Shown here piece by piece: positions 9,249 to 16,795 of a stretch of 64,000 nucleotides of DNA. The stretch is taken from positions 160,001 through 224,000 of the forward strand of contig JAJYUZ010000001.1 of assembly GCA_021792255.1 (NCBI GenBank), written 5' to 3'. The translations under genes and the position numbers were made by a program. Positions within the stretch are counted from its first letter, which is position 1. Each line of letters begins with the position of its first letter. The stretch comes from Thermoplasmata archaeon (lineage in GTDB: Archaea; Thermoplasmatota; Thermoplasmata; Thermoplasmatales; GCA-001856825). The notes under the pieces are model-generated. The model ran no database searches, was not told where the DNA came from, and worked only from the letters and a program-made list of their open reading frames with translations.

Positions 9249-11133
9249 AGGAAGTGTGGGCCCCTCGTCAAAGGGGCCCAAAAATGCGGCCACAAGCACC
9301 AAAGAAGATAACGAGGAAGACTTTAAAACCATTTCTAAGACGAGATTCAAGAAAGATGGATACTATTACGATCAGATTCACGACATAGAACAAGACGTAG
9401 ATAGAAGGATTGTCATAAATCAATTCATCAAACACAATGGAACTAGCAGACCGATATTTGTTAAGCATGTGGAAACCTATGATGAAGAGGGCAACAAGGT
9501 TATAATAACTCCAGCTCCTCAAATTGCAACCCAGAAACTAGATCGCATTTTCGACAACGACCAAACTGATTACATCAAGTTCCCACCGGCACCGATAGAA
9601 TACGAATCGGAGTTTCTACTCTATTCCCAAACAAAAGGATTCATTCACAAGTATGTGGAAGTCAGGCAGGAAGATGAATTTCTTCTCTCGTTGTGGTTAT
9701 TGAAAGCAGTTCTCTTTGACACTCTCAAGGACACCTCGTTTCCCATGATCCATATCATAGCACCATACGGAAAGGGGAAGTCCAGATTGTTGTCAGTTCT
9801 GACAAACATCACGCCTTATGGATTCTACCTCGTGAATATCAGCTCTGCTCCCCTTAAGAGAGTATCCGAGCTCTATTCCCCTATCTTATACGTTGATGAA
9901 AAAGGAGAGATGGATAATGAAACGTCTGCTCTACTTAATTCAAAGTTCAATAGAAATTCTGTTTACCTCAACGCAGACCAAAAGATACAGAGAGGATATT
10001 CGGCTCTGGTCGGCTACAAGCTCTATGGACCAATCGCACTAGCTGGTAGAACCCCATTCAAAGATGATGCAATTGAATCTAAGAGTTTCCAGATCAACCA
10101 GAATTTCGAGATGTCAAGAAAGGACGTTCCGAGAAAGATCAAGGGAAAGGCGCTTGACGAGTTCGACTATGAAGCCAAAGAGATCAGAGGGAAACTGTTG
10201 CAATTCAGGATCAAGTGGTGCGACAAGATCAACGAAATAGAATCCTCAGACTTCTTGTCAAAGTACGAGAATCACTTGGAACCTAGACTCTTCGAAATCA
10301 TTTCGTTCTTTGAGGATTTAATAGAGATAATTCCAGAGGTCAAGCAAGAGCTTTCTAAGGTGTTGGAGTACCAGATCAGAAGGAATGTCGAGGTTGCAAG
10401 GGAGACACCCAACGGCATTATTGCGTCCACTCTTTTATCAATCCTGGAGAATGCAGAGGATAACCAAATTGAGTATTTCATCGGAGGCAAGAACTACTCT
10501 GGGATATATCTCTCTTCCATCTATGATGAAGTCGGTCAGAACTACTCAAAACAGACTGGGAAAATACTCTCTGCTCTGGGCCTCAAGACAGACAGGCCTA
10601 GAATCAAGGTCGAAGGCAAGGACGGGGAGAAAGACAAAAACAGGAGAGTATCAGTCGTTAGGATACCAGATGTAAGCAAACTGAACGAATTGAAAGCCAG
10701 ATATGACCCCGAATACGTGAGTGCCGTTTTATCAAGTATTTCTCAGGGTCTCCAAACAAGTGTGGACGATGAGGACGAAGAGGACGATGAAATGGGGGAC
10801 AGACACATAAATGAGTCAAAAAAGGAAAAAGAAGGTGTGAGTCCCCTAAATGATAGTCCTGATAGTCCTCTTCGTCCAAGTGATAATTCAAGTACCTCTC
10901 AAGAACCTGAAAAATCCTATGTCCAGAGCGATGAATGGCAATACTTTAAAGTGAAGGAGAGTTTCAGCTTTGGCAAATACATATATCAAAAAGGGAAAAT
11001 CTCTAAGTTCCCGATTCTGAAAGCTGGAACCTACATAGAGAAAGGTCTCCTAGAGCTACCTTGTCCAAGTGGACAAGTATGGGATCCAAACGAAAAGGGA
11101 TGCATCATTTCTGAAGGAGGAAATCAGAAATGA
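9226..11133 (+). CDS. putative replication protein, P-loop helicase-like ATPase (resembles DUF3631-associated MGE Rep proteins)
   Basis: Walker A APYGKGKS, ISSAPLKR, Walker B ILYVDE, LLN, YGPIALAG; acidic linker; GINS-B-like C-terminal module; no recognisable primase domain. Confidence 0.7.
   Translation: MSKKQTDKGSVGPSSKGPKNAATSTKEDNEEDFKTISKTRFKKDGYYYDQIHDIEQDVDRRIVINQFIKHNGTSRPIFVKHVETYDEEGNKVIITPAPQIATQKLDRIFDNDQTDYIKFPPAPIEYESEFLLYSQTKGFIHKYVEVRQEDEFLLSLWLLKAVLFDTLKDTSFPMIHIIAPYGKGKSRLLSVLTNITPYGFYLVNISSAPLKRVSELYSPILYVDEKGEMDNETSALLNSKFNRNSVYLNADQKIQRGYSALVGYKLYGPIALAGRTPFKDDAIESKSFQINQNFEMSRKDVPRKIKGKALDEFDYEAKEIRGKLLQFRIKWCDKINEIESSDFLSKYENHLEPRLFEIISFFEDLIEIIPEVKQELSKVLEYQIRRNVEVARETPNGIIASTLLSILENAEDNQIEYFIGGKNYSGIYLSSIYDEVGQNYSKQTGKILSALGLKTDRPRIKVEGKDGEKDKNRRVSVVRIPDVSKLNELKARYDPEYVSAVLSSISQGLQTSVDDEDEEDDEMGDRHINESKKEKEGVSPLNDSPDSPLRPSDNSSTSQEPEKSYVQSDEWQYFKVKESFSFGKYIYQKGKISKFPILKAGTYIEKGLLELPCPSGQVWDPNEKGCIISEGGNQK
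10763..10878. repeat. mirror-symmetric GGAC/GTCC iteron-like array inside rep (putative origin)
   Basis: GGAC at 10764, 10773, 10782, 10797; GTCC at 10841, 10856, 10865, 10874; all four pairs share one symmetry centre. Confidence 0.7.
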
Positions 11134-11621
11134 ATCCTGAAAGCTGCTCATTATTCGATAAATGCGAGTGTCCTTTATGTCCGCTAGTCTCAGACTCCAA
11201 TCAAATCTGGTACTCTGAGGATGAAATCTGCAAGAATCCGGAGTTTGAACTTATAACCAGGTCAATGAAGAAATTGAAGCGGAAGGCTGCACCTGGTTAT
11301 TTCACCCTTGAAATGCTGCGCAGGGAATTCATAGTGCGGAAAGGCACTGAAGGAATAGATCCCGATCTATCGAATTCAACAGAGGATCCGGTCAGCGAAC
11401 ACCTAAGAAGAGAATCGATCTGGCTGAAGAGGCACCCTGAGATATCTAAGGAAAGAAAGGAAAGGATGAGAGAGTTGGGACTGAAATCAGTCGCTTCTAT
11501 CCAGAAACCCCTCTCTCATCCGTCAATTTCTGAGATACCCGACTCAAAAGGTGTAATCACTCGTCTTGACCCTTCATCTAACGAGAAATCGGTACAAAAC
11601 GGAGGCTCTAGCTATGACTGA
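11130..11621 (+). CDS. Cys-rich hypothetical protein (possible Zn-binding)
   Basis: C-x5-C-x-C-x2-C-P and WYxEDEIC; ATGA overlap with rep. Confidence 0.7.
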   Translation: MNPESCSLFDKCECPLCPLVSDSNQIWYSEDEICKNPEFELITRSMKKLKRKAAPGYFTLEMLRREFIVRKGTEGIDPDLSNSTEDPVSEHLRRESIWLKRHPEISKERKERMRELGLKSVASIQKPLSHPSISEIPDSKGVITRLDPSSNEKSVQNGGSSYD

Positions 11622-11808
11622 GTTCGTTTTTGTCGTAGAACTAGAAGATCAGTTTGTCAAGATAGGTCATTTCGAGATTCTCGGTCTCGGAAATGATACT
11701 CGTGTATCAAAGAACTCCAGGTCAAAAAGTGATACTCAAGTCTCAAAAAATTCCCAGTCCACTTTTTTAAAGGACGGTTTCAGGTCATCCTTAAACCTGA
11801 GGGGGTGA
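11614..11808 (+). CDS. small hypothetical protein (or regulatory region read as an ORF)
   Basis: ATG 11614 overlaps the end of the previous gene; contains a 36-bp-spaced DNA repeat giving DTRVSKNS/DTQVSKNS. Confidence 0.4.
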   Translation: MTEFVFVVELEDQFVKIGHFEILGLGNDTRVSKNSRSKSDTQVSKNSQSTFLKDGFRSSLNLRG

Positions 11809-11814
11809 ATATGA

Positions 11815-12642
11815 ATGATTGACAAGCATATTAAACTAGACGAAGCACAAAACGATAGGGTCAAGAAGAGTGGAAAGAGCATACCGGGACTCCTCGATAT
11901 AGGAGTGAAGGCCATAGAAGAACAGGATGATGGCTTGCCTGCGCTTCTATTCGATATGCAGAACGCAGATTCAAAACAAGTCTACTCCTACCTGAAGAAG
12001 CTTGGCGATTCAGACTTTTCAAGGAGACTAGTTAAGGAAATCTACGAAAGAGGCCTTCAAACTCAGCATAGAGACCTCTTGGTGAAGATTGCAGACAGCA
12101 ACAGCATTTACTATGTTCCTCTCGTTGAAAAGTGTGTAGGGTCTCTAGTCTCAGAGGAGAGCAGGCTTAACGCAGTCAGAAATGAGATTGAATCTAAGAT
12201 CGCTGAACGAGACGGACTGATCGACGAGATAGATGAGTTGGTAGCTGAACGAAAGACTGAGCTAGAAATCAACAATAGGATCCAGAAACTTGAGACAGAA
12301 TCTCAAAACATCAGTGCTCAAATCGAGGAGAAGACAGGGATGCGTAACAAGCTCTTTGAAGAAATATTGGAACTGAAGAAAGAAAAGGACTCTCTGATAA
12401 CTCCGATTGTTAAAGGGATGGTACGAAACTGGATCGGGCAGGAATATACTCTAGGTGCAACCCTGTTTGGAGATGCTGTTTGGGATTACTACCAAGCACA
12501 AACCGACGAGGAGAGAACAAAGGCTCTTGAACTGATAGTCCACTTCTTTAGAGGCGTGAGAGATCTAAGTCACGTCCCTATCGACAAGGTGATAGAAATA
12601 GCTGAGCAAGTCAGGGAAGCTCACCCAGAATTTAACCAGTAG
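11815..12642 (+). CDS. coiled-coil protein with possible ribbon-helix-helix-like N-terminus
   Basis: GGGGTGA SD; MIDKHIKLDEAQNDRVKKSGKSIPGLLDIGV; long E/K/L heptad region. Confidence 0.7.
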   Translation: MIDKHIKLDEAQNDRVKKSGKSIPGLLDIGVKAIEEQDDGLPALLFDMQNADSKQVYSYLKKLGDSDFSRRLVKEIYERGLQTQHRDLLVKIADSNSIYYVPLVEKCVGSLVSEESRLNAVRNEIESKIAERDGLIDEIDELVAERKTELEINNRIQKLETESQNISAQIEEKTGMRNKLFEEILELKKEKDSLITPIVKGMVRNWIGQEYTLGATLFGDAVWDYYQAQTDEERTKALELIVHFFRGVRDLSHVPIDKVIEIAEQVREAHPEFNQ

Positions 12643-12808
12643 CCTCAATCCACTCGGGCAGTCCCTATTTTTCTCGTTTATTTTCTATTCAATCCATTAG
12701 GGATTTTAGGGTGCGTCCACTGAAAGACCTCGACTAGTCCTCATTCTCAAACCTTGAAATCCACAAAATCCCTGTTATAACATTACTAGCCACTCTTCTG
12801 CTCCTATA

Positions 12809-12996
12809 CATGTATGCGGATACACGCCCCCATGATAGAAAAACTGAAAGTTGGGCCGACAAGGCTAGGGGCGGTTGAGGCTAATGGAAACAGACAAAAA
12901 TGCAAGAATTGCGGAGCAAACATCAATCCAAAAGCAGAGAATGACCAGGGTGAGAATCAGCCTCCTTTTCAGCTACCATGTATGTGGATACACGCC
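12809..12996. repeat. two 20-bp direct repeats with internal palindrome TGTAT-N4-ATACA
   Basis: CATGTATGCGGATACACGCC at 12809-12828 and CATGTATGTGGATACACGCC at 12977-12996. Confidence 0.8.
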
Positions 12997-13133
12997 TATG
13001 TAAATTGTGAAAGTTAAGAGGTCAGGAAATCTAGACTACTCGACTAGAGTTAAAGTTCTAGAGTCTCACCCAGGATTAACAGGGATTAACAGAAAATAGA
13101 AGTGGAAATTAAGAGGATTAAAATTACGGCCGC

Positions 13134-13400
13134 TCACTTAGATCCGTCTGATTCTTTCTGTTTCAGGTACTCATCTCTCTTTTGCCTTAGGTCTTCTCTT
13201 CTCTTTGCGATTCCGTTGTTGTCAATGTCTCTCTTCATTCCATCTTCTATGTAGTCACTGATTAGAAATGTGATATCTGTATGTGTCAGGTGTGCCACAG
13301 CCTTAAGGTCTACTATTGTTTCATATTCCAGGCCTAGACTCTTTTCTAGAAAAGCAACACACGCTTTCTCATTGCTGTCCATATTCATCTCTCGGTCCAT
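13134..13400 (-). CDS. small hypothetical protein downstream of integrase (candidate recombination accessory factor)
   Basis: AGGGGTGAT SD; co-oriented with the integrase. Confidence 0.6.
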   Translation of the reverse strand: MDREMNMDSNEKACVAFLEKSLGLEYETIVDLKAVAHLTHTDITFLISDYIEDGMKRDIDNNGIAKRREDLRQKRDEYLKQKESDGSK

Positions 13401-13468
13401 CCGTTATCACCCCCTTTCTCTTGACCTAATTTCAATGTTGATCCATCTTCCATTTGATCTTCACTCTC

Positions 13469-14758
13469 TTAGGATTTGGTTAGAAGCTCCTTAATGAACT
13501 TCTCTTTCATATCTGGATTACTCAGTATTTGGCTTATCATAGCCTCGAGCATCTTGTCTTTGAAACCAGGATCAAAGAACTTAGATAGATCCTTTACACT
13601 CTTGTCAACTGTCGGTGATTCCATTATCGTTGATTCTACCTTCTTCTTCATTTCATCCAGGTCTATCGCAAGTTTGACATCTAGAGGCAGAGCACATCTA
13701 TTGCAGTACATTGAATTACTAGCATTGAGACTGTGGCATCTTGGACACTCTTTAGGCCTTTCTTCCATTGATTTCTTGTCGTCCTTAACCTCTATTCCAT
13801 ATCCCTTTAGAATTGATCTGTCCTGGTCTCTCAGTGACAAATGGACATAGGTTTTAGTCTGTTTGGAGCCATGCACCCACCCCATTTGAGATTCTAAGGG
13901 TGCCTCTACTACCTTACTTGCCAGAATGGTAGCCCTGGTATGTCTAAATAGATGTGGATGGATTCTCCTCTTAAGTCCGCTCTTTTTAGTCACTCTCCTG
14001 AATATAGAATAGATGTCAAAATGCGTTAATGGCTCTCCTTTGATCCTTTCATTAAAGCTAGTGAACAGCCAGGCATCTTTGTTGTTCTTGTCGGGGTGGA
14101 CGTCTAGCCACGATCTTAGATAAGGAATAGAATTTCCAACTATTCTGACCTGTCTAAATCCTGTCTTGCCCGTCACCCTTATCAGCGCACCGTAATCGTC
14201 AAAATCAACGTCTCTGATCTTCATCGTTAGCATTTCTCCTATCCTTATTCCAGAGTCGTATAATGTGCTGAATATTGCTCTATCCCTCTGATTCTCGGAT
14301 GCATCTATCAATTTGTTGACTTCATCCTGGGTAATCAGTGATTCAGGTTTCACCTGTCTGGACGGATGACCGTTTCCTATCTTAATGAATTTAACACAAT
14401 CAGGATAATTCTCGTTCTTCCCCAAATGCCACTTGTAGAATTTCTTTAATGCTACTTTGTACCCCTGCAATCCATTCTCAGTTGGATAATGCGCTTCTCC
14501 AGATCCCCACTTTACCTTAGTGTTGGATATCTTTGAAACCACAGACTTGATGTCTTTCTCTGAGGGCTCCAGGAATTTGTCAGGAATCATTAAGGCTATC
14601 TTCTTTAGTCTCAGAATGTATGCGTATTGTCTTCCTTTTGAAATTCCCTGTAAATCAAGGTCATCAATGAATTCCCTTATTCTCTTAACCGTCTTCTTTG
14701 GTAGTCCTCTCTTGTTTAGCTTCTCATACTCGTTTTTAAGTTGCTCAGGGGCTTCCAT
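13469..14758 (-). CDS. tyrosine recombinase/integrase with C-terminal zinc ribbon (SNJ2-like architecture)
   Basis: YDSGIRIGE (R), GKTG (K), HPHLFRH, MGW, TYVH (Y); CPRC...CNRC. Confidence 0.93.
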   Translation of the reverse strand: MEAPEQLKNEYEKLNKRGLPKKTVKRIREFIDDLDLQGISKGRQYAYILRLKKIALMIPDKFLEPSEKDIKSVVSKISNTKVKWGSGEAHYPTENGLQGYKVALKKFYKWHLGKNENYPDCVKFIKIGNGHPSRQVKPESLITQDEVNKLIDASENQRDRAIFSTLYDSGIRIGEMLTMKIRDVDFDDYGALIRVTGKTGFRQVRIVGNSIPYLRSWLDVHPDKNNKDAWLFTSFNERIKGEPLTHFDIYSIFRRVTKKSGLKRRIHPHLFRHTRATILASKVVEAPLESQMGWVHGSKQTKTYVHLSLRDQDRSILKGYGIEVKDDKKSMEERPKECPRCHSLNASNSMYCNRCALPLDVKLAIDLDEMKKKVESTIMESPTVDKSVKDLSKFFDPGFKDKMLEAMISQILSNPDMKEKFIKELLTKS

Positions 14759-14818
14759 AATGAGTTAATAGAAAACCTTTATAAAATGGTTACTGTTTTG
14801 AACTCCTAATTCGAAATA

Positions 14819-14831
14819 CGGCACCTGCATA
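14819..14831 (+). repeat. attR core CGGCACCTGCATA
   Basis: Identical to 8739-8751; 60 bp upstream of the integrase start. Confidence 0.88.
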
Positions 14832-14952
14832 TCTAAAAGGGTTCAATGCAGTTCTCATGAGGGATCTGCCACTGTGGAAAAGAGCACAATAAGGAGAAGA
14901 CCAAGTCCTTGCTGTGCCCAACGAGTCGCTGAAGTCTGGAGACTATTTTGCG

Positions 14953-15729
14953 CTACTTACCTATGTTCTCTCTGAGCTTATCGAAGAACCTTCCTGCTTC
15001 CTGGTAGTCACGATCCCTGATGATGTGCTTCAGGAATTCTAGTCTAGAGGTTATCTTTTCAAGCTGCGAAATAGACCTTGGGTTGAAGAGAATTTCTGAG
15101 AGTAAACTATCATCTTCAGACAGGAGCCCTCTCGCAAGTTCCATGTGTCTCTTGAAATTAGTTCCCGGGACTGCCCGAGTGTCTACGCATGCTGCAAACA
15201 CCATAGAGGACGAGAAAGGCAAAGTAAGGGAGTAAGCCATCATAGAATCGTGTTCAATGAACGAAAGTTCATAAACGTTCAACCCGATCTTCTGATAAAA
15301 GTCTCTGAAAATTTTTTTGCCCGACTCCTCAGATTCTTTTATTATTATAGCGCTCTCACCTACCGGTAAAGACATGTTTGCATTTGTGGGACCGAACATT
15401 GGATGGGTTGACACAAATTTATGCCTAGAGTGAATGTAGTATGACGACAAATCACCCTTTATTGAAGCTATATCAGCAATCATGCAGCTCTCGTTCAAAA
15501 ATTGTGAAATCTCGTCGAAAACTTCTATGGTGCTTCCAAGATTCACCGCATTTATCAGAACTTCCGGCTGAAATACTGCGATCTCTGGAAGAGAAGATAA
15601 TACAGTAACGCCCTTTAAAGAGCTAGTCTTCAATTTATCGGTATCGTAGACAGCGACCTCGTTATCGTCTTGAAGTTTGTTAGAAAGCCAGGATCCCATT
15701 TTTCCAATTCCAATTATCGCAATCTTCAC
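14953..15729 (-). CDS. tyrA: prephenate dehydrogenase
   Basis: KIAIIGIGKMG, DIASIK, HPMFGP, EHD; likely GTG start overlapping the pheA stop. Confidence 0.88.
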   Translation of the reverse strand: MKIAIIGIGKMGSWLSNKLQDDNEVAVYDTDKLKTSSLKGVTVLSSLPEIAVFQPEVLINAVNLGSTIEVFDEISQFLNESCMIADIASIKGDLSSYYIHSRHKFVSTHPMFGPTNANMSLPVGESAIIIKESEESGKKIFRDFYQKIGLNVYELSFIEHDSMMAYSLTLPFSSSMVFAACVDTRAVPGTNFKRHMELARGLLSEDDSLLSEILFNPRSISQLEKITSRLEFLKHIIRDRDYQEAGRFFDKLRENIGK

Positions 15730-16784
15730 TTTGACCAACTCCTGTAACAACCGAGTAGTTTGAATTCGGTAGTTTGGGCTTTTATTTTCTCCAAAGTCTC
15801 AATTGTTTTCTTGTTCCGGTAGCCTCCAATGAAGTCAATTAGAAACTTTGCTCTACCCGTCGAATCTCTTGTAGGGATAGATTCTATCATAGTGAGATTA
15901 ATCCCCGCTTCCTTAAAGAATCCCAAGACCGAGAATAGTGCGCCCGCTTTGTCCTTGGTAGAGAATGTTATTGAGCACTTGTTTCCCTTTCCTAAGAATT
16001 TTCCACCCGATATTACCAGAAATCTGGTGAAATTTGATTTCGAATCCTCGATATTTTCCTCAAGTACTTTTAATCCATATAGGTCTGAGCAATTTCGTCC
16101 GGCTATTGCCGCCGCAGCAGTAGGTTTTTCCTTTGCAATCATTGCTGCAGCACCCGCAGTATCGTAGTAAGGTCTTGGCTCCAACTTGTTATCGATTATG
16201 AAATTCCTACACTGTGCAAGTGCCTGAGGATGAGAGTATACTACCTTCACCCCTTCTAGACTTTCATTTGAGAGACCAAGCAGAGAATGATGGACAGGCA
16301 AGACGACCTCTCCGATTATGTTGACATTCTTTTCGGTCACAAGATGACTCACTGAACTAATTGCACCTTCTGAGGAATTTTCTATCGGAACCACACCAAA
16401 GTCGAGCTCACCGTTCGACACGCCTTCAAAAACATCTGAAAATTCTAGGCAGGGAACGGGGATGTAAGAATCATCGAAAGCTTCGCAAGCAGACTCTCCG
16501 AAAGCTCCTCTCTCTCCCTGGAATCCAGCCAACTTGAAATTCTTCCTTTGCAACTTTTTAGATTCAGTAAATATTTTGCTGTACAATTCCTCAGAGAATG
16601 AAGGGAATAGTAGTCGGTCTTGTCTGGCCCTTAGGTTGGTTAAAATTTCTTCCTCGCGTTTTTCATCTCTTATCCTCTTCTTGAGACGTCCAGCTCTGAT
16701 TGATAACAGCATTCTCCTACTCATCAGACTCAAAATTTCAGAGTCTGTTTGGTCAATTTTTTTTCTTAACTCTTCTATTTTCAT
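15726..16784 (-). CDS. pheA: chorismate mutase / prephenate dehydratase (P-protein) with ACT domain
   Basis: IEELRKKIDQTD, FQGERGAF, PIENS, SHPQALAQC, NFTRF, NLTMIES; true start probably ATG 16784. Confidence 0.92.
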   Translation of the reverse strand: MKIEELRKKIDQTDSEILSLMSRRMLLSIRAGRLKKRIRDEKREEEILTNLRARQDRLLFPSFSEELYSKIFTESKKLQRKNFKLAGFQGERGAFGESACEAFDDSYIPVPCLEFSDVFEGVSNGELDFGVVPIENSSEGAISSVSHLVTEKNVNIIGEVVLPVHHSLLGLSNESLEGVKVVYSHPQALAQCRNFIIDNKLEPRPYYDTAGAAAMIAKEKPTAAAAIAGRNCSDLYGLKVLEENIEDSKSNFTRFLVISGGKFLGKGNKCSITFSTKDKAGALFSVLGFFKEAGINLTMIESIPTRDSTGRAKFLIDFIGGYRNKKTIETLEKIKAQTTEFKLLGCYRSWSK

Positions 16785-16795
16785 ACTAATGCCAC

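Larger units (their letters stand above)
8739..14831. mobile_element. ~6.1 kb integrative element (plasmid/satellite-like) at tRNA-Gly
   Basis: 13-bp direct repeat of the tRNA 3' end at both borders, tyrosine integrase next to the distal repeat, AbrB-like regulator and Rep-like ATPase inside. Confidence 0.9.

Noticed and set aside
12814-13017. 67-aa ORF with CKNCG
   Set aside because: It starts and ends within the DNA repeats and has only half a zinc ribbon; more likely non-coding or a remnant
12809-13092. Possible mini-CRISPR array
   Set aside because: Only two 20-bp repeats with a 148-bp gap and no cas genes; no CRISPR array was seen in the window
13469-14758. SSV1-type split integrase
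   Set aside because: The gene is intact and the att core lies outside it
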